A stretch of 64,000 nucleotides of DNA, taken from assembly GCF_006345805.1 (NCBI RefSeq), contig NC_043001.1, positions 59,582,001 to 59,646,000 on the forward strand, read 5' to 3'. This document shows positions 37,376 to 49,870 of the stretch, one piece after another. The position numbers were made by a program, and so were the translations under genes. Below the pieces are notes generated by a model that saw only the letters and a list, made by a program, of their open reading frames with translations, ran no database searches and was not told the origin of the DNA. This DNA comes from Octopus sinensis (taxonomy: Eukaryota). Each line of letters begins with the position of its first letter. Position 1 is the stretch's first letter.

Positions 37376-40300
37376 TACAGACATAAATGCATTTATATAT
37401 ATGTGTGTGTTTGTACCTTCTCCTTGGTAACGCTGTATACGCTTAAATTTGTTTTCTCAAATAAATTGTACTTCCCGTTTGAGAGTCTGTTGAAGGCATA
37501 AGGTGTTACTCAAACCTTCAGTAATGTGTCCAACGCATCTATTAGTGGAAACACCAGTAGGCTAATGTAGTTCATAAGTCAGTCATTTATACTTTTATCA
37601 TTCCACTACAATTGTTTTATTTGAAAAGAAGAAAGTAAGCATGTTTCGATAATCCTTCTGCGATCTAAATACAAGTTTATGAATCTAAGATTCCAATTCG
37701 TCGAGCGTACATAGAAAACTCGTTCTTTTGTCCCACTTTTCATGAAATACTTCTATGATAAAGATAGTCCTAGCTGCAAGAGAGTGAGCTACGGTACTTC
37801 AATGTATCAGGAGTCTTATTTGTAACACGCCGTGTTCCAAAACGAATACCACTTTGTAAGTATCACTACCACCTGTCAGTGACAATAAATTAACCAAATG
37901 TTTTGAAGTTATTTACCGGTGATAGTATTTTTAATTTCCTTCTTGTCTTTTCAAAAGAGGCAGTCTACTTGAAGAGCTTCAAAAGTTTTCCATCTCCTAC
38001 GTTGCTGCTCTAAATAGAAGTATGTTTCCACTACCTCTAAGTCTTAGAGAAGAGGATGCGTTTCAACATGAGTACTTCTGTGTCATTGCTTTGTTGATTC
38101 TACGTTGAGTTCCTCTGCTTTTGGCAGTTCTTGTATTTCTTCTGCTAGTTTCCTAGCCACTCTCTTTAGTAAGCATTTCTAATGTGTAATGTGGTTAAGA
38201 CCAACACACACAAACGTATACCTTCTGAAAAACGCGTGCGCGCATGTGTGCGTGTGTGTGTACATATATTTATGTGCATATACTTTTGAAATGCCATGTA
38301 TTGATAAAAACAAGATTTAGCTGTATATAGTTTTCTTAGTTTTCTTTTAAATATCGTTTGATACTTTACTTCAGCAGCAAATTCTTGTAAAATATGTTTC
38401 TGTTTTTTTTAAAAATTTGTTTGACATTTGCCGTAGCGTTACTTGAACACTCTGTGAGTCATATACACGCAGCTGGGTTGGTCATAAAACCGATAAATTT
38501 AAATAGCTGTATTAGCTGAATGGTTGAATAGTATTCTACCGACATAATTCAGTGTGTTAAAACCAGTTGTGATATTTCTTCAAATACATAAATCTCTGTT
38601 ACATTGTCCTAGGTAACAATTTTTAATAATATCTTTAGATATTGCTTCCGAAAGCAATGAAAATAATTTAAATATTTATTGTCTGCCTCGATAGTTCTTC
38701 AAAGAGAATAATGTCTTGCAAAAAATACGTTTTTTATGTATACATATAGGCAGTTAAAGAACAGGAAAGATGTTTCAGTCAAAATCCAGATACCTCTTGA
38801 TATATGTGCTGTTAAATAAAGGACTAGAACAATGGAAATAGTTTATGATTTTGTAATCTACTTGCTATGGATTGCAACAGAAGCCGAGTGACGGGAAGGA
38901 TTAGTTAAAGAAACGTTAGATTACAAAACCTAACAATGGTTTTTAGCAGGGAGTTGGGCGTGCACTCAACTGCTAGAGGGTTGCTTGTATTCTTTGACAA
39001 AGAACATTTGGAATATGGAGCTTCCGGTAGCGACATATAAAATAGGATAAATATAAGTTATTTTCGTATCAATATCATAAAACAGACAAAATGTGATAAA
39101 TGAAGCTTACTCGAAAAGTTTTATGTAGGTGTGTTCGTAATCCTTGGTGAAACCTGTTATGTATGGTTGTAATTGATATCAGTAATTATAAGTAATTATG
39201 ACAGCTAGTTGAGATAAGTTTATAGAGAGAATAACCGTCTAGGTCTATATGATGTCGGTTTGCCCAAATAGCTATGCAAACACAGGCATAGAATGCTTCA
39301 CTACTATCCCATGCAGATGTCCTTCATTGTTGAGCGTATTTGTCAGTACATGTTCTATGGAAGTGTAGTTGTTTCCTTCATAATAGACGCGGTAATTGAA
39401 CACGATTGTGAATCATCTGTAACTTTTCTTCGACATAGGACAAAGCCAGTACATATATAAAGAAAACTGGCCTATATGATGTCAAATCATTTGTATTATA
39501 GTATGCAATATGTATGCAAGTAAAGAATAATTTACAGCGCTATTTAAATGTTTACGTCCACATCAAGTCGGCTTTAGAGTACTGGAATATTTATAGTATT
39601 CGAACTTAATGTCGAAACTTTGGGTAAAATAACTGCATGGATTCATGCACAATGACAAAAAAAACAAAAACAACTGATTTATAGGAAATTCATTGCAGTA
39701 ATTGATTTGTTATAAAAGAGGCAAGTAAGTTAGATATCATAAAACAAATATATTTACACTTGGAATTGTCTAAATGAAATTGTGACCACAAGCAGCGAGT
39801 AAACCAAAGTCAGACAGAAACTATTATTGGTAATGTGGCATATTTATTGCATTAAAACATCAGCGATATCAACCTTTCTGAAGGGACTAGGTTCAAATCT
39901 GCACTCCATTGATCACTTTAACTGAAATAGTATTGTTGATGTTGTTATGCACCGTGTCACAGTTAAGTACTCGGAAGTATATTCCTATAGTAATCATTTC
40001 GATTTTATTCAACAGTAGGTTATCTAGAACAATATTTTTGCATTCATCTATATTTAGAAAATATGATGTGATTTGAGGCGGGTTTCGTTGCTATTTCTAG
40101 TAGAATAAGCGACGGCGAAGAAGCTCTCTCTTTGACACGCACTTACGTAAGTTTACCGTCTCGTGATGATAATGAAGAGATTATAGGTTTATATATAACT
40201 GAAATATAATAAGACGACTGCGTCGAAATATAAACAGTTGACCGGGAGAGCAAATGTGAATCAGATTGCATCGAATCTGAATACGATCGAAGCCGAATTA

Positions 40301-40869
40301 AACTAAAACTGAATGAAGCATAATTAAGTTGATCTTGTCTGACCCAACTGTTACTTTAAGAGAATGTAATTTTAAAATTGGGTTTAGGCATATATAAATT
40401 TGTATGAGTGGTTAAGTGTGAGTGCGTGTGTGTGCCTGTGTGTATATGTGTGCGTTGGGTATGTGGGTTTGTGTCCATCTATGCGCGTTTAAATGTAATT
40501 AATTCGTTCCACGTATACTTGCTTCGCATATATACAGACCAAAATCTACATCAGCGGTCGATAGTCGTCAGATTTCATTTCGAAGGGCCTGTAGTAAGAA
40601 CTTGACTGCAAGAATATACCTAGTACCGGATGGAATTATTAAATAAATTATCAGAAGGAAAAATGACATTCCAATTGCCCGAGACATATATTTGCTTCAA
40701 TTAGTTATTTTAGCCTGGTAAAATATGCAGTATATTATACATACATACAGGTAAATGCATCTCTATAGACTCAAACACACACGCATACACACAAAAACAT
40801 ACATACACAAACTCACATATATGTACACACAAGCGCACACACGCCCCTATCTTCTCCTTTTTGCCCACT

Positions 40870-43190
40870 TGTTCCTGGGAGGGTCGTAGGAGATGAGTGC
40901 TCAAGAACGCCTTTCATCTGTTCAGTCAGAAGCAACTGTCTCCAATTGATTTGGCTGGATATCCAAACGAGACCAAACTCGCCCATGAATGTTATTCAAC
41001 ATCTTGCTCGTGGTTTACTTCTGGATCGCCTACCGGTTGGTTGCCTGTAAAAGCTGTCGAGCGATTTTATTCCGTGACATTCTTACATGCTTGTATTACC
41101 GGATCTGTATCTCTCACTTCGGAGAAATAGTGACTCTATTTGGAGCGCTTCTCTGATCTCTGATCTCTGAGCTGTACTCTCTATCAAGTAACGTTACTTC
41201 AGATATTGTGGTCGTAATCGTATTTTTTGTCAAAAAGATCGTCAAAAGACTGCTCCAACAATGACTTACCGAGAAGGGGAGAATGAGACATTCTACCAAG
41301 AGCTGAAAGGACTGTAGGTAAAGTTCCAACGAAGATAAGTTGCAGTCATCATCGGCAAGTTTGGCAAGGGCAAAATGAAGAATGGAGACCGCCTGCTGAA
41401 AGTTTGTGAACACCAGCAGATCTGTGTCACTAACACGTTATTTGATGAGCTCGGCAAGAATTATTTCACGCAGAAACACCTTCGGTCTGGCCAAAATAAA
41501 CTGCTGCGCTACGCCGTTACACGAAAAACTAGACTGCGGGAGATCCTGTACACGAATGCCATGGACTCGTGAGGAGTAAGGTCAGATTCAGGATCAATCT
41601 GAACTTGAGAAAGAACTGAACAAGCACAAACTAGAGAAGTTTGACATAAGAAAGGTAGCAAATACGACACTGTGGGAGACTGAATGTTGCCATCACGGCC
41701 GCGGTCGTAGTTACGGTATTCAACTCAGAGGAAATGGATGACATTGAGTAACACTGGCAGACGTTAAAGAAAGCAGTCTTTTCTGTGGCTAGGATAGCCT
41801 AGCGCTCTTTCAGCGTTCGACACCCGATTGGTTCTGAAAGCACGTAGAGGAGATCCAGAGCCTGCTAGACAAAAAGTAACTCCTACACCGACGATATCTG
41901 TAGAAGATCTTGGAGAGGAGCAAGTTTGCTTATGATGAAATTAATCCAAAGAGCAGATAGAAGTTTTCTGAAGAACGACTGGTGGCACCGGCAGGCAGAA
42001 GCCTTGCAGAGCATGGACTACAAGTACAACTTCTACACCTGTTTATGAGACTGAAAGCCTTCTATGGCTCTAGGATCAACGCTGTTTCACCGATCAAGTC
42101 AGAAGACGAGAGAAAACAGCACACCGACCTCCAAGGGATATGAACTAAGTGAACAGAACCTTTCTGTAGCTTGCTCAATCAGCAAGGATCAGTCCATCCA
42201 GACGCCTGCAAATGGCGAGATGACCGCTTACATGAGATCGCCATACAGGTATTGGAGAAAACTTTGAAGGATACGAAGTTACAACACACCAAGCATGGAT
42301 GAAAGTTCCTTCAGATGTGCTGAAATAAGGTAGGCAAAAGCTCCATAATGAGCTATTGAGGCTGTGCAACACTTGACTTTCTAATAATTGTGTAACCCAG
42401 GACTTCAAAGGACGCCTTGATAGCCACCATTTACAAAATGAAGGAGGGTCGAGCGCAATGTGGGAATCACCAGGACATTTCTCTGTTGACCATTACTGGC
42501 AAGGCGCATACCAAAATCATTCTCAACCGGCTGAAACAAATCATCCCAGAGCAGTCTTACCAAAGAGTCAACGTGGCTTCAGGCCAAGTGGAACAACTAT
42601 GGACATGATCGTCACACTGCCGCAGCCATAGGAGAAAACAGCAGAGGAACTCCAACTTCTCTTCGTGATGTCTGTGGCTTTTCCTAAGGCATTTGACACG
42701 GTGGACCGAGAAACTCTTCGGAAAGGATTCCCTGAGGAGTTTAACATCATTAAGCAGTTCCACACAAGAATGAAATGACTAATCTTAATTAGCAGAGAAC
42801 GTAGTGAAGTATTCATGATGTGAAACATGGGTGCTTGCTTGCTGCCGTACTCTGGTCTTTTTACCTAGCAGCTGTGCTTGGAACTATGAGGGTTAATTTG
42901 CACAAAGGCTTTCCATCCGCACCAGAACAGATGGAAACTTCTTCAACTCGACCAAATAAGAAATGTATTTCAGTGAACTGCTCTATGCAGGTGACTCAGC
43001 GCTCGTGGCCATTTTTTCTTGTGCACAGAAGTGTTTGTTCTCACTTCGAAGACTGAGCTACTCTACCTGCTCCCTCTAAGATGTCCTAATAGGTTAAAAG
43101 ACGAGTTAGTGTCAGTATACGGTGAGCCCCTAATGTACCTCGGCAGCGCAGTGACTTGTACCAACTTTTCTGACGTCAAGTTAAGAAGCA
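40870..43190 (+). mobile_element. Heavily decayed RTE LINE (APE plus RT)
   Basis: APE-like ENETFYQELKGL and NGDRLLKVCEHQQICVTNTLF; RT-like QCGNHQDISLLTITGKAHTKIILNRL, FPKAFDTVDR, VKHGCLLA, MYLGS. Many stops. Confidence 0.85.
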
Positions 43191-43267
43191 AATACATTCT
43201 GCCGTTGTTACGTACTTATTTATCGATGTATTTATCTAATTATTTTTTTTTATCTAAACATATATAT

Positions 43268-43514
43268 ATTGGGTTGGTGCATAGTTATTGCTTTATCTCA
43301 ACAAATTTTATTCAACAACAATAACAATATTTAGCAAAAAACATATTTAAATGACGGTCTGACCGTCCGCCAAGCAAATAGGAAGCAGTAATTGAAGTAG
43401 ATGTTGAATATGCTCCAGAATAATCATTTAAAGATGTTTTTGTTAATGTTATTATTGTTTTTGCTGAATAAAGTTTGTTGAAAAAAAGTCGCAATAATTA
43501 TGTACCAACCCAAT
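43268..43514. mobile_element. Mariner-type MITE (~247 bp) with ~60-bp TIRs
   Basis: attgggttggtgcatagttattgc... / ...gcaataattatgtaccaacccaat; inserted next to a TA run. Confidence 0.8.
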
Positions 43515-46102
43515 GCATAAATGTATATGTGTTTGTACGAGATATGTGTATGTCTTTAAGTAGGTTTGTTTGTTTGTGTGTGTGTGGTGGGATGATGTGA
43601 ATATAAGCTCTTTGTAATGAGTGCATGCGCAACTTAAAGCTCCAGACTTACCATATATATCTATATATAAGTAACTATATATGCACTCTGTTCTGGCCTG
43701 AGACTTACGTTTGAATTTCATATATGTATGAATTACACAATCAATTACGCATTAAATTAACAGGCATGCAGTTCTGTTGATGAAGCAATTGAATGCTCAT
43801 CGTTGAAACATTTAAGGCACAATCATACACGCACACACGTGCCTACTCAAATACACGTGCACACACGAAGCATGAGTGAGAGAGATTTGTGTATGTATCA
43901 CACGAGAGAGTAGTCAAGTGAGAAGTGGATAGAGACTAAGAGAAAGATATTGTAAAAAGTAATGGCAATCATAAAATGAATCAAAATTACAAATAAATTA
44001 AATATAATTTCATTTCGAGTGATTGAAAACTTAATGTGTATGTCGGTGTAAATTAGAAAAGAGAAATGATTAATTTCAAGGGCTTTCATTATATCGTGCT
44101 CAAGCAACGTCATTTCAATTGACAACATTTTCGTGATCTATTTAATACAAAATTATTTATATGGTTATTAATTTCAGTAGTACGTGACATATTTGTTTAA
44201 TTTCCTTATTGAAATATAGAGAATATTTACTTCACAATATTGATAGTATTACGAATGAAGAAAAAAAAAACTATTACAGTGTCTTCATTATGTACTTTTG
44301 GAAAGTTCAAAACCAATAAGTAAAGAGATTATAATTGACCAAAAATCTGTTTGCTTATTATTTCACGATGCGCGAATTTATGCGACGTCTAGAGAAATAT
44401 GATAAAGAAATGTGATTACTTTTGCTAGTTTCCCGATTATATTAAAAATATTGTAGAAGTTAACGGTTCAGATGTTTTAGAAAGAATGAATAGTTAAATA
44501 TTTCCTTAACTTCATAGGAATGAATTGGATCAGTTTTCCAAGAGGTTTAAAGTAAATCATAGATTGAGTTTATAATGAACACACCAAAGAAATATGCTTT
44601 TTATCTAAACATATATTTAAATACGAGGAAAACAGGAAAATGGGGCATGAATTAGCAATATCCATGTAAAGAAAACGAAATAACATTTATTAAAAGTATT
44701 GCGTTTGCGACAAATTAATTTCACCGTGCAAGAAAAATGCTATTACTATTTTCTGAGAATAACACAGTAAATCCTAAAAATGATGGGGTTATGTTGGTAC
44801 GTTCCTACACCAACCTACATCTGTTGTAGTCTCCAGCAAGAGAAAGAGACTGTGAATTGTAATCGACTTGTCATGGCCACTTGACACTATAATAACAGAG
44901 AGAAAGTAAAGTATCGTACTAACTTTTGATAACACATAAGTATATAAACAAGTTCATGATAGCGCCGATTATTACAGGGTCAAAAGTTCAGAATAAACTT
45001 TAAAAAATTCTGATAGTAACCTAGAAATAGAATACGTGTCTACTCGGACCAGGATAATTTATCCTGGAAGGCGTCACGAAAATATCAGAAGAGATATGAA
45101 AACCAGAAAGAATATCACACAAAAGATAGAAAATTCTCTTCATACAAAATTCTCTTCATATGGTTTGATAGAGCAGAATACCAACACCGTTAAATGTGGT
45201 TTTGAATGCTTGTAATTATTCCGTAACATCGCATAAAAAGAAAAAGTAACTATAAAAAGAAAAAGTAACTATATATGCACTTCTTTGTCCTTTGGCCATC
45301 TTCTTCTATAATTTTGATTCACTTATTGATATATACAGTGATATGGCATTTTGTAGCCATCCATACACTTTTGCAAACCAGGTTTACTTCCTTGGGGTGT
45401 TTGTTTAGTCCTTACAATTTATGGCTGCCAAGACTTTGTTGATTCTAAGAAGACACCTAATAGGTCTCAAGTCTTCAAATTTTGTTGTTTCTCTTGATTT
45501 GAAATTTTGAGATGTTTCTCTACCCTGTGGGCCAGTCACTTGTTGTCTTTGGCTACGTCGAAATCTCATTAAGCTTTTCTGCAAGTACCTTATATAGCTA
45601 GTCAAATAACGTAACCAGAAGTTGGGAATCATGTCATATTTTCGGACGTCTAGGTTTTCTATTTTTGCTGTATTGATTATTTATTTCGTTATTGTGAACA
45701 TCTACAGTTGTCTAGCCGCCGTATTTGTTGTTTTGGCTACGAAACGCCAGAGGAACAGAAGAGTGTTCGGGAGGCATATTGACTGTAGAGACATGAACTT
45801 AAAGTTTGGTCAAAATTTTATTGCGAGGTTTAAATCAATTACTGATCAACAAAGCTCTCCACGGTTGTTGTTGTTGTTGTTGTTGTGTGAGAGAGTAATG
45901 CATGCCACCCAAGTGACACTGGGGTACAAATTTACGAAGCCCATTATACACATCATGATTACCCGTCTGATAAATGTTTACCAGGAATATGCATCACAAC
46001 CATACATGCGCAACAAGGTGATCTCATATCAAGATAAACAGTGCATGAACTTTCAAATGGGGATGAGAAATTTCTTCAGGTCGAGTAGCCTATTTACGCT
46101 CA

Positions 46103-46910
46103 AAAGGTCCCCGAATAAGATTTGTTTAAGTATGGCAAACGAAATATCCACGTTTCCAGGGATGAATTACTCAAACCCAAAGAATTCCTTTCAACACATA
46201 GCTATGATGCTCCCCTACAGCTCCTGCTCGTAATCAGAGATGCTCATATTGTCAGTCACTAAGGGACATGCTTAACTTGTGAAGCCAAGCATCTGACAAG
46301 CTAATCTCTAGTATTGAGCAGAATATTTGCTGTAGCCCATATTTTACACTAAGATAAGATATACACATGATAACTCATCCAATCATTTAAGATCAGAGAC
46401 CATGAGAGACACTGCCTGGTACTGCACCAGGGCAGCATTTTTCTTCTTCTTCTTCTTCTTCTTCTTCTTCTTCTTCTTCTTCTTCTTCTTCTTCTTCTTC
46501 TTCTTCTTCTTCTTCTTCTTCTTCTTCTTCTTCTTCTTCTTCTTCTTCTTCTTCTTCTTCTTCTTCTTCTTCTTGTTCTTATTCTCACAATGTCCCTGAA
46601 TAAGGTTTATTTAAGGATGTTGAATGAAACACTCATGTTTCCAAAGGAGAATTATACAAAGCCACCAAAATTTCTCTCAAAACATGGCTACGATGCTCCC
46701 TTACTACCGCTCATAATCAGAGATACACATATCGTCAGCCAATAAGGGACATTATCAACTGCTTAAGGTCAAGCAACTTTGGTATTGAGCAGAATATTTG
46801 CTGTAGGCCATCTTTTATATCAAGACAAAACAATGTATATGATAACACCTCCAATCAGTTAAGATCAGAAGCCATGAGGGCCACTGCCTGGTACTACATC
46901 AAGGCATTTA
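46103..46910. repeat. Two diverged copies of a ~330-bp retroelement-like repeat separated by (TTC)44
   Basis: 46103-46440 aligns with 46588-46910. One copy abuts (TTC)n and the other abuts (ATC)n. Confidence 0.8.
46441..46572. repeat. (TTC)44 microsatellite
   Basis: Uninterrupted trinucleotide run. Confidence 0.98.
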
Positions 46911-47392
46911 TCGTCATCATCATGATCATGATCATCATCATCATCATCATTATTATTCAGTAGCCTTATTTTTACCACGTGCTTTCATTACGCTACCGAG
47001 CGCAACTCTGTGTGCCTTTTGGTATGTGCTGTGTTTTGTTTTGGTGCTCTCATTTTCACTGCATTGAAAGCATTTTACGTAGGATGTGTGTGATGCGTAG
47101 TGGTGCTATTTTCTGTATGTTATATATACTTGTAAGTCCTGGTGTTGTTGTTATGTATTTGTCTGAATGTATTTTTTATCATACCGAATGCACGTTTTTA
47201 GGCTCCACATTCCACTTACTTCTATTTCTAGATCTTTGTATTTTGAAAGTTTCTCCTTTTTAGAGAAACGTTGTCGTCTGTTGGTATTGATACATCGGTT
47301 AGAAAGCATTTCTTATGGGTGATCTCTGACAACTAGATCCGGTCTATTGGCCTTAATTAATTAATTAATTTATTTATTTATGTATTTACTAA

Positions 47393-47397
<5 letters not shown>

Positions 47398-47480
<83 letters not shown>
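47398..47480. repeat. (TTA)n microsatellite
   Basis: Direct reading; one small interruption. Confidence 0.97.
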
Positions 47481-48495
47481 GTTTCTTTTTAGAACTCCCG
47501 ATTTTACTTGCTCAAGTAAGAACGGACAGCAAACTTTTGTCAAAGGTCTCACATTGTCTCTCTCCACGATACTTATCGTCCAAGTACCAATCTCAAAATT
47601 CTCACTGTCTCCAATAAAGCAGTTTCTTGAGCATTTTCTACCCTCATGTCAATTCCGATTTCCCCGACATATTTCTCAAACCAGGTTGACAGTACTGCTA
47701 ATGACGTTACAACTAGTGGTATGACAGTTACTTGTCCGTTGTTCACATTCGTACAATTCCATCGTTTAGTTACTTATATTTTCCAAGGTACTGATCTCTG
47801 TCTTTTTACTGGAGGTTGTGAAGGCAATCGTCAGGAATCTCTGGAATGATAATCGAATACTTCCCACATAAAACAGTAGCTCCTCGACACTACTCTACAA
47901 TCAGCAAAGCCAGAACAATGAAAGAGTTCGTGTAGATGTCTTTCATTCCTCTGCGAATATCTTGGAGAATCCTGTCTAACGATACTTACATATCTGTAGT
48001 GTTTATGTCGGAAATGTAGCACCCCTTGGAAACAAGAACAGACCCCAGTACCCGGAAGTTATTCATATTACATCTTCATCTGCAACTCTTCAGGATAAGA
48101 CTAACAAGTTCATATCCGACGACACCCAGAGTTTCTCCGAGAATGTCTTCAGTTTTCCTGACACTAACCCTCTGTAGTTTGATACAGTGCAACATCCACC
48201 GATTCCGCTGGACATCCAGATGGTGGCAGATGCCTGGAAGAAATCTAGATGACGGGTTCCCAGTGCAGTTGCATCAAGGAGAGACGAACTCACCATGAAG
48301 GAGTTACTGCAGCTGATCTCATTTGGCTCACTTCTGAATCCAACATATTCACTACTTCGTCCCATTTGCTACCAACGTTGTGACCAGGGTCGAACCAGAT
48401 CCGGGTCAGTTAAATGGTCCTTTGTCCCAGCTGCCAACCACATAGTCTCGTTAAACCTATTTTCTTCTCCTAGTGATGAGCTGCGAATCCAGTGA
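47481..48495 (-). mobile_element. 3' fragment of an RLE-encoding non-LTR retrotransposon (R4/Dong-like)
   Basis: C-terminus QVTVIPLVVTSLAVLSTWFEKYVGEIGIDMRVENAQETALLETVRILRLVLGR* matches the R4-clade RLE end. A 3' UTR of about 90 nt runs directly into (TAA)n. Confidence 0.75.
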
Positions 48496-48519
48496 TGCGT
48501 TTGTATTGGTTTTAGCACG

Positions 48520-49870
48520 TGTCAAGCAGTTGAATTCTTTTAGAATATTTCCAAGCATCTTCATTTGAGTGGTATTCGACACTATGACGGTAACATCGTC
48601 CGGACACGCCGGATACGTATTCTTGGTTTCTGCTTCGAAAAGGGACACTCCTCAAATTTTATAACTTCTGTAGCAGTGGCCCACGAGCCAGAAATACTGA
48701 ATCAGTACCTCACTAAAGTAAGGTTTGTTTCAAACCTTCTTTTCATTATACTGCATAAGCTGAAGATTGTTTTGGCTAGACCTATTCAGGATCATGTATT
48801 TTTATTTATTCTTAACCAAACCACAAAAAGTGCTTTGATTTTCGTTAACACTTTATCCGAAACATTAAAGTATGTTATGAGTAAAAAACTGAATACGACA
48901 TTCTCTTTGGAGCAATTCATCTTATATTTCCGCTGTTATTATCAGATTTTCTTAGCACCTCTTCTTCCTTGCCAAGTGATGCGAAAGAACAATGAGATAC
49001 AAACTAAAGTCTAATGCGTCTATGACGCATCCGAGCAGTCGAGGGAAATGCTATTATATAGCCACATAGGTCTGCTCAAATCTAAATAGCTCCTTTCCAT
49101 TCCGAAATGTTAAAGATGTTCTTGAAGTTTTGCATCCCAGTCAATTCTCTCCAATTCGTGCTCGTTGGCCAATGAATTTCTAACTAGTTACCCTTCTTAT
49201 CTCTTTCTCTCTAGAGCTCTTTGCTAGACGCTAAGATTTTGATGTAATTGCCTGCTTTAGAGCACCCTTATGATTGCTTGCATCAGCTGCTGCTTTTCTA
49301 AATAACTAATTCGGTCCACGTAGTCTTTACTTGTCGGTAAGAACATATTCACCTTCTAGTAACATTGTCTCTATTTCTGGTTTCTTATTAAAACAACTGG
49401 GCAGATCACATATTTATGGTATCTGAATAATATATTGTATCCCTATCTACTGACTTAATAAATGTTCTATCTAGATATGATATGATAGCACCGACGTAGT
49501 TGCACAGTCTCTACATTAGTACATCTGGGAAATCCAGTAAGTACATATCAGACATTTGGAAATTTCTGGCCAGCTTGTCAAGTTGTTTTGCACCCACATC
49601 CTTTATACATAAGCCACACACAGTTTTGCTGTGCATCTAAACTACAGTTCCCAATCCCCAACAACTAGCAGTGATCAGGATTTTCCTAGGGAATCATTCA
49701 GATGTCTGAAGAAATTAGACTGTTTCGCCCCTATTGGAACACATATAGGCTTTGGTCTGAAAGCATCATCTTCGTTGCTGCTCACATCTAGGATCACAGT
49801 CTTACCATTCAGATCCAGTATGATTGCATGTTACATAAAATCTGATTGTTTCGGGTAGATTACTGGGATT
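48520..49870 (-). mobile_element. Decayed L1/Tx1-like LINE remnant (APE plus RT)
   Basis: APE-like LLVVGDW region; RT-like KVLTK...RS.QNNLQLMQYI and ACPDDVTVIVS (from YADDVTV). Internal deletions are present. Confidence 0.55.

Noticed and set aside
45622-46233. 203-aa ORF
   Set aside because: It crosses a (GTT)n tract and a repeat element, shows no recognisable domain, and has no splice support.
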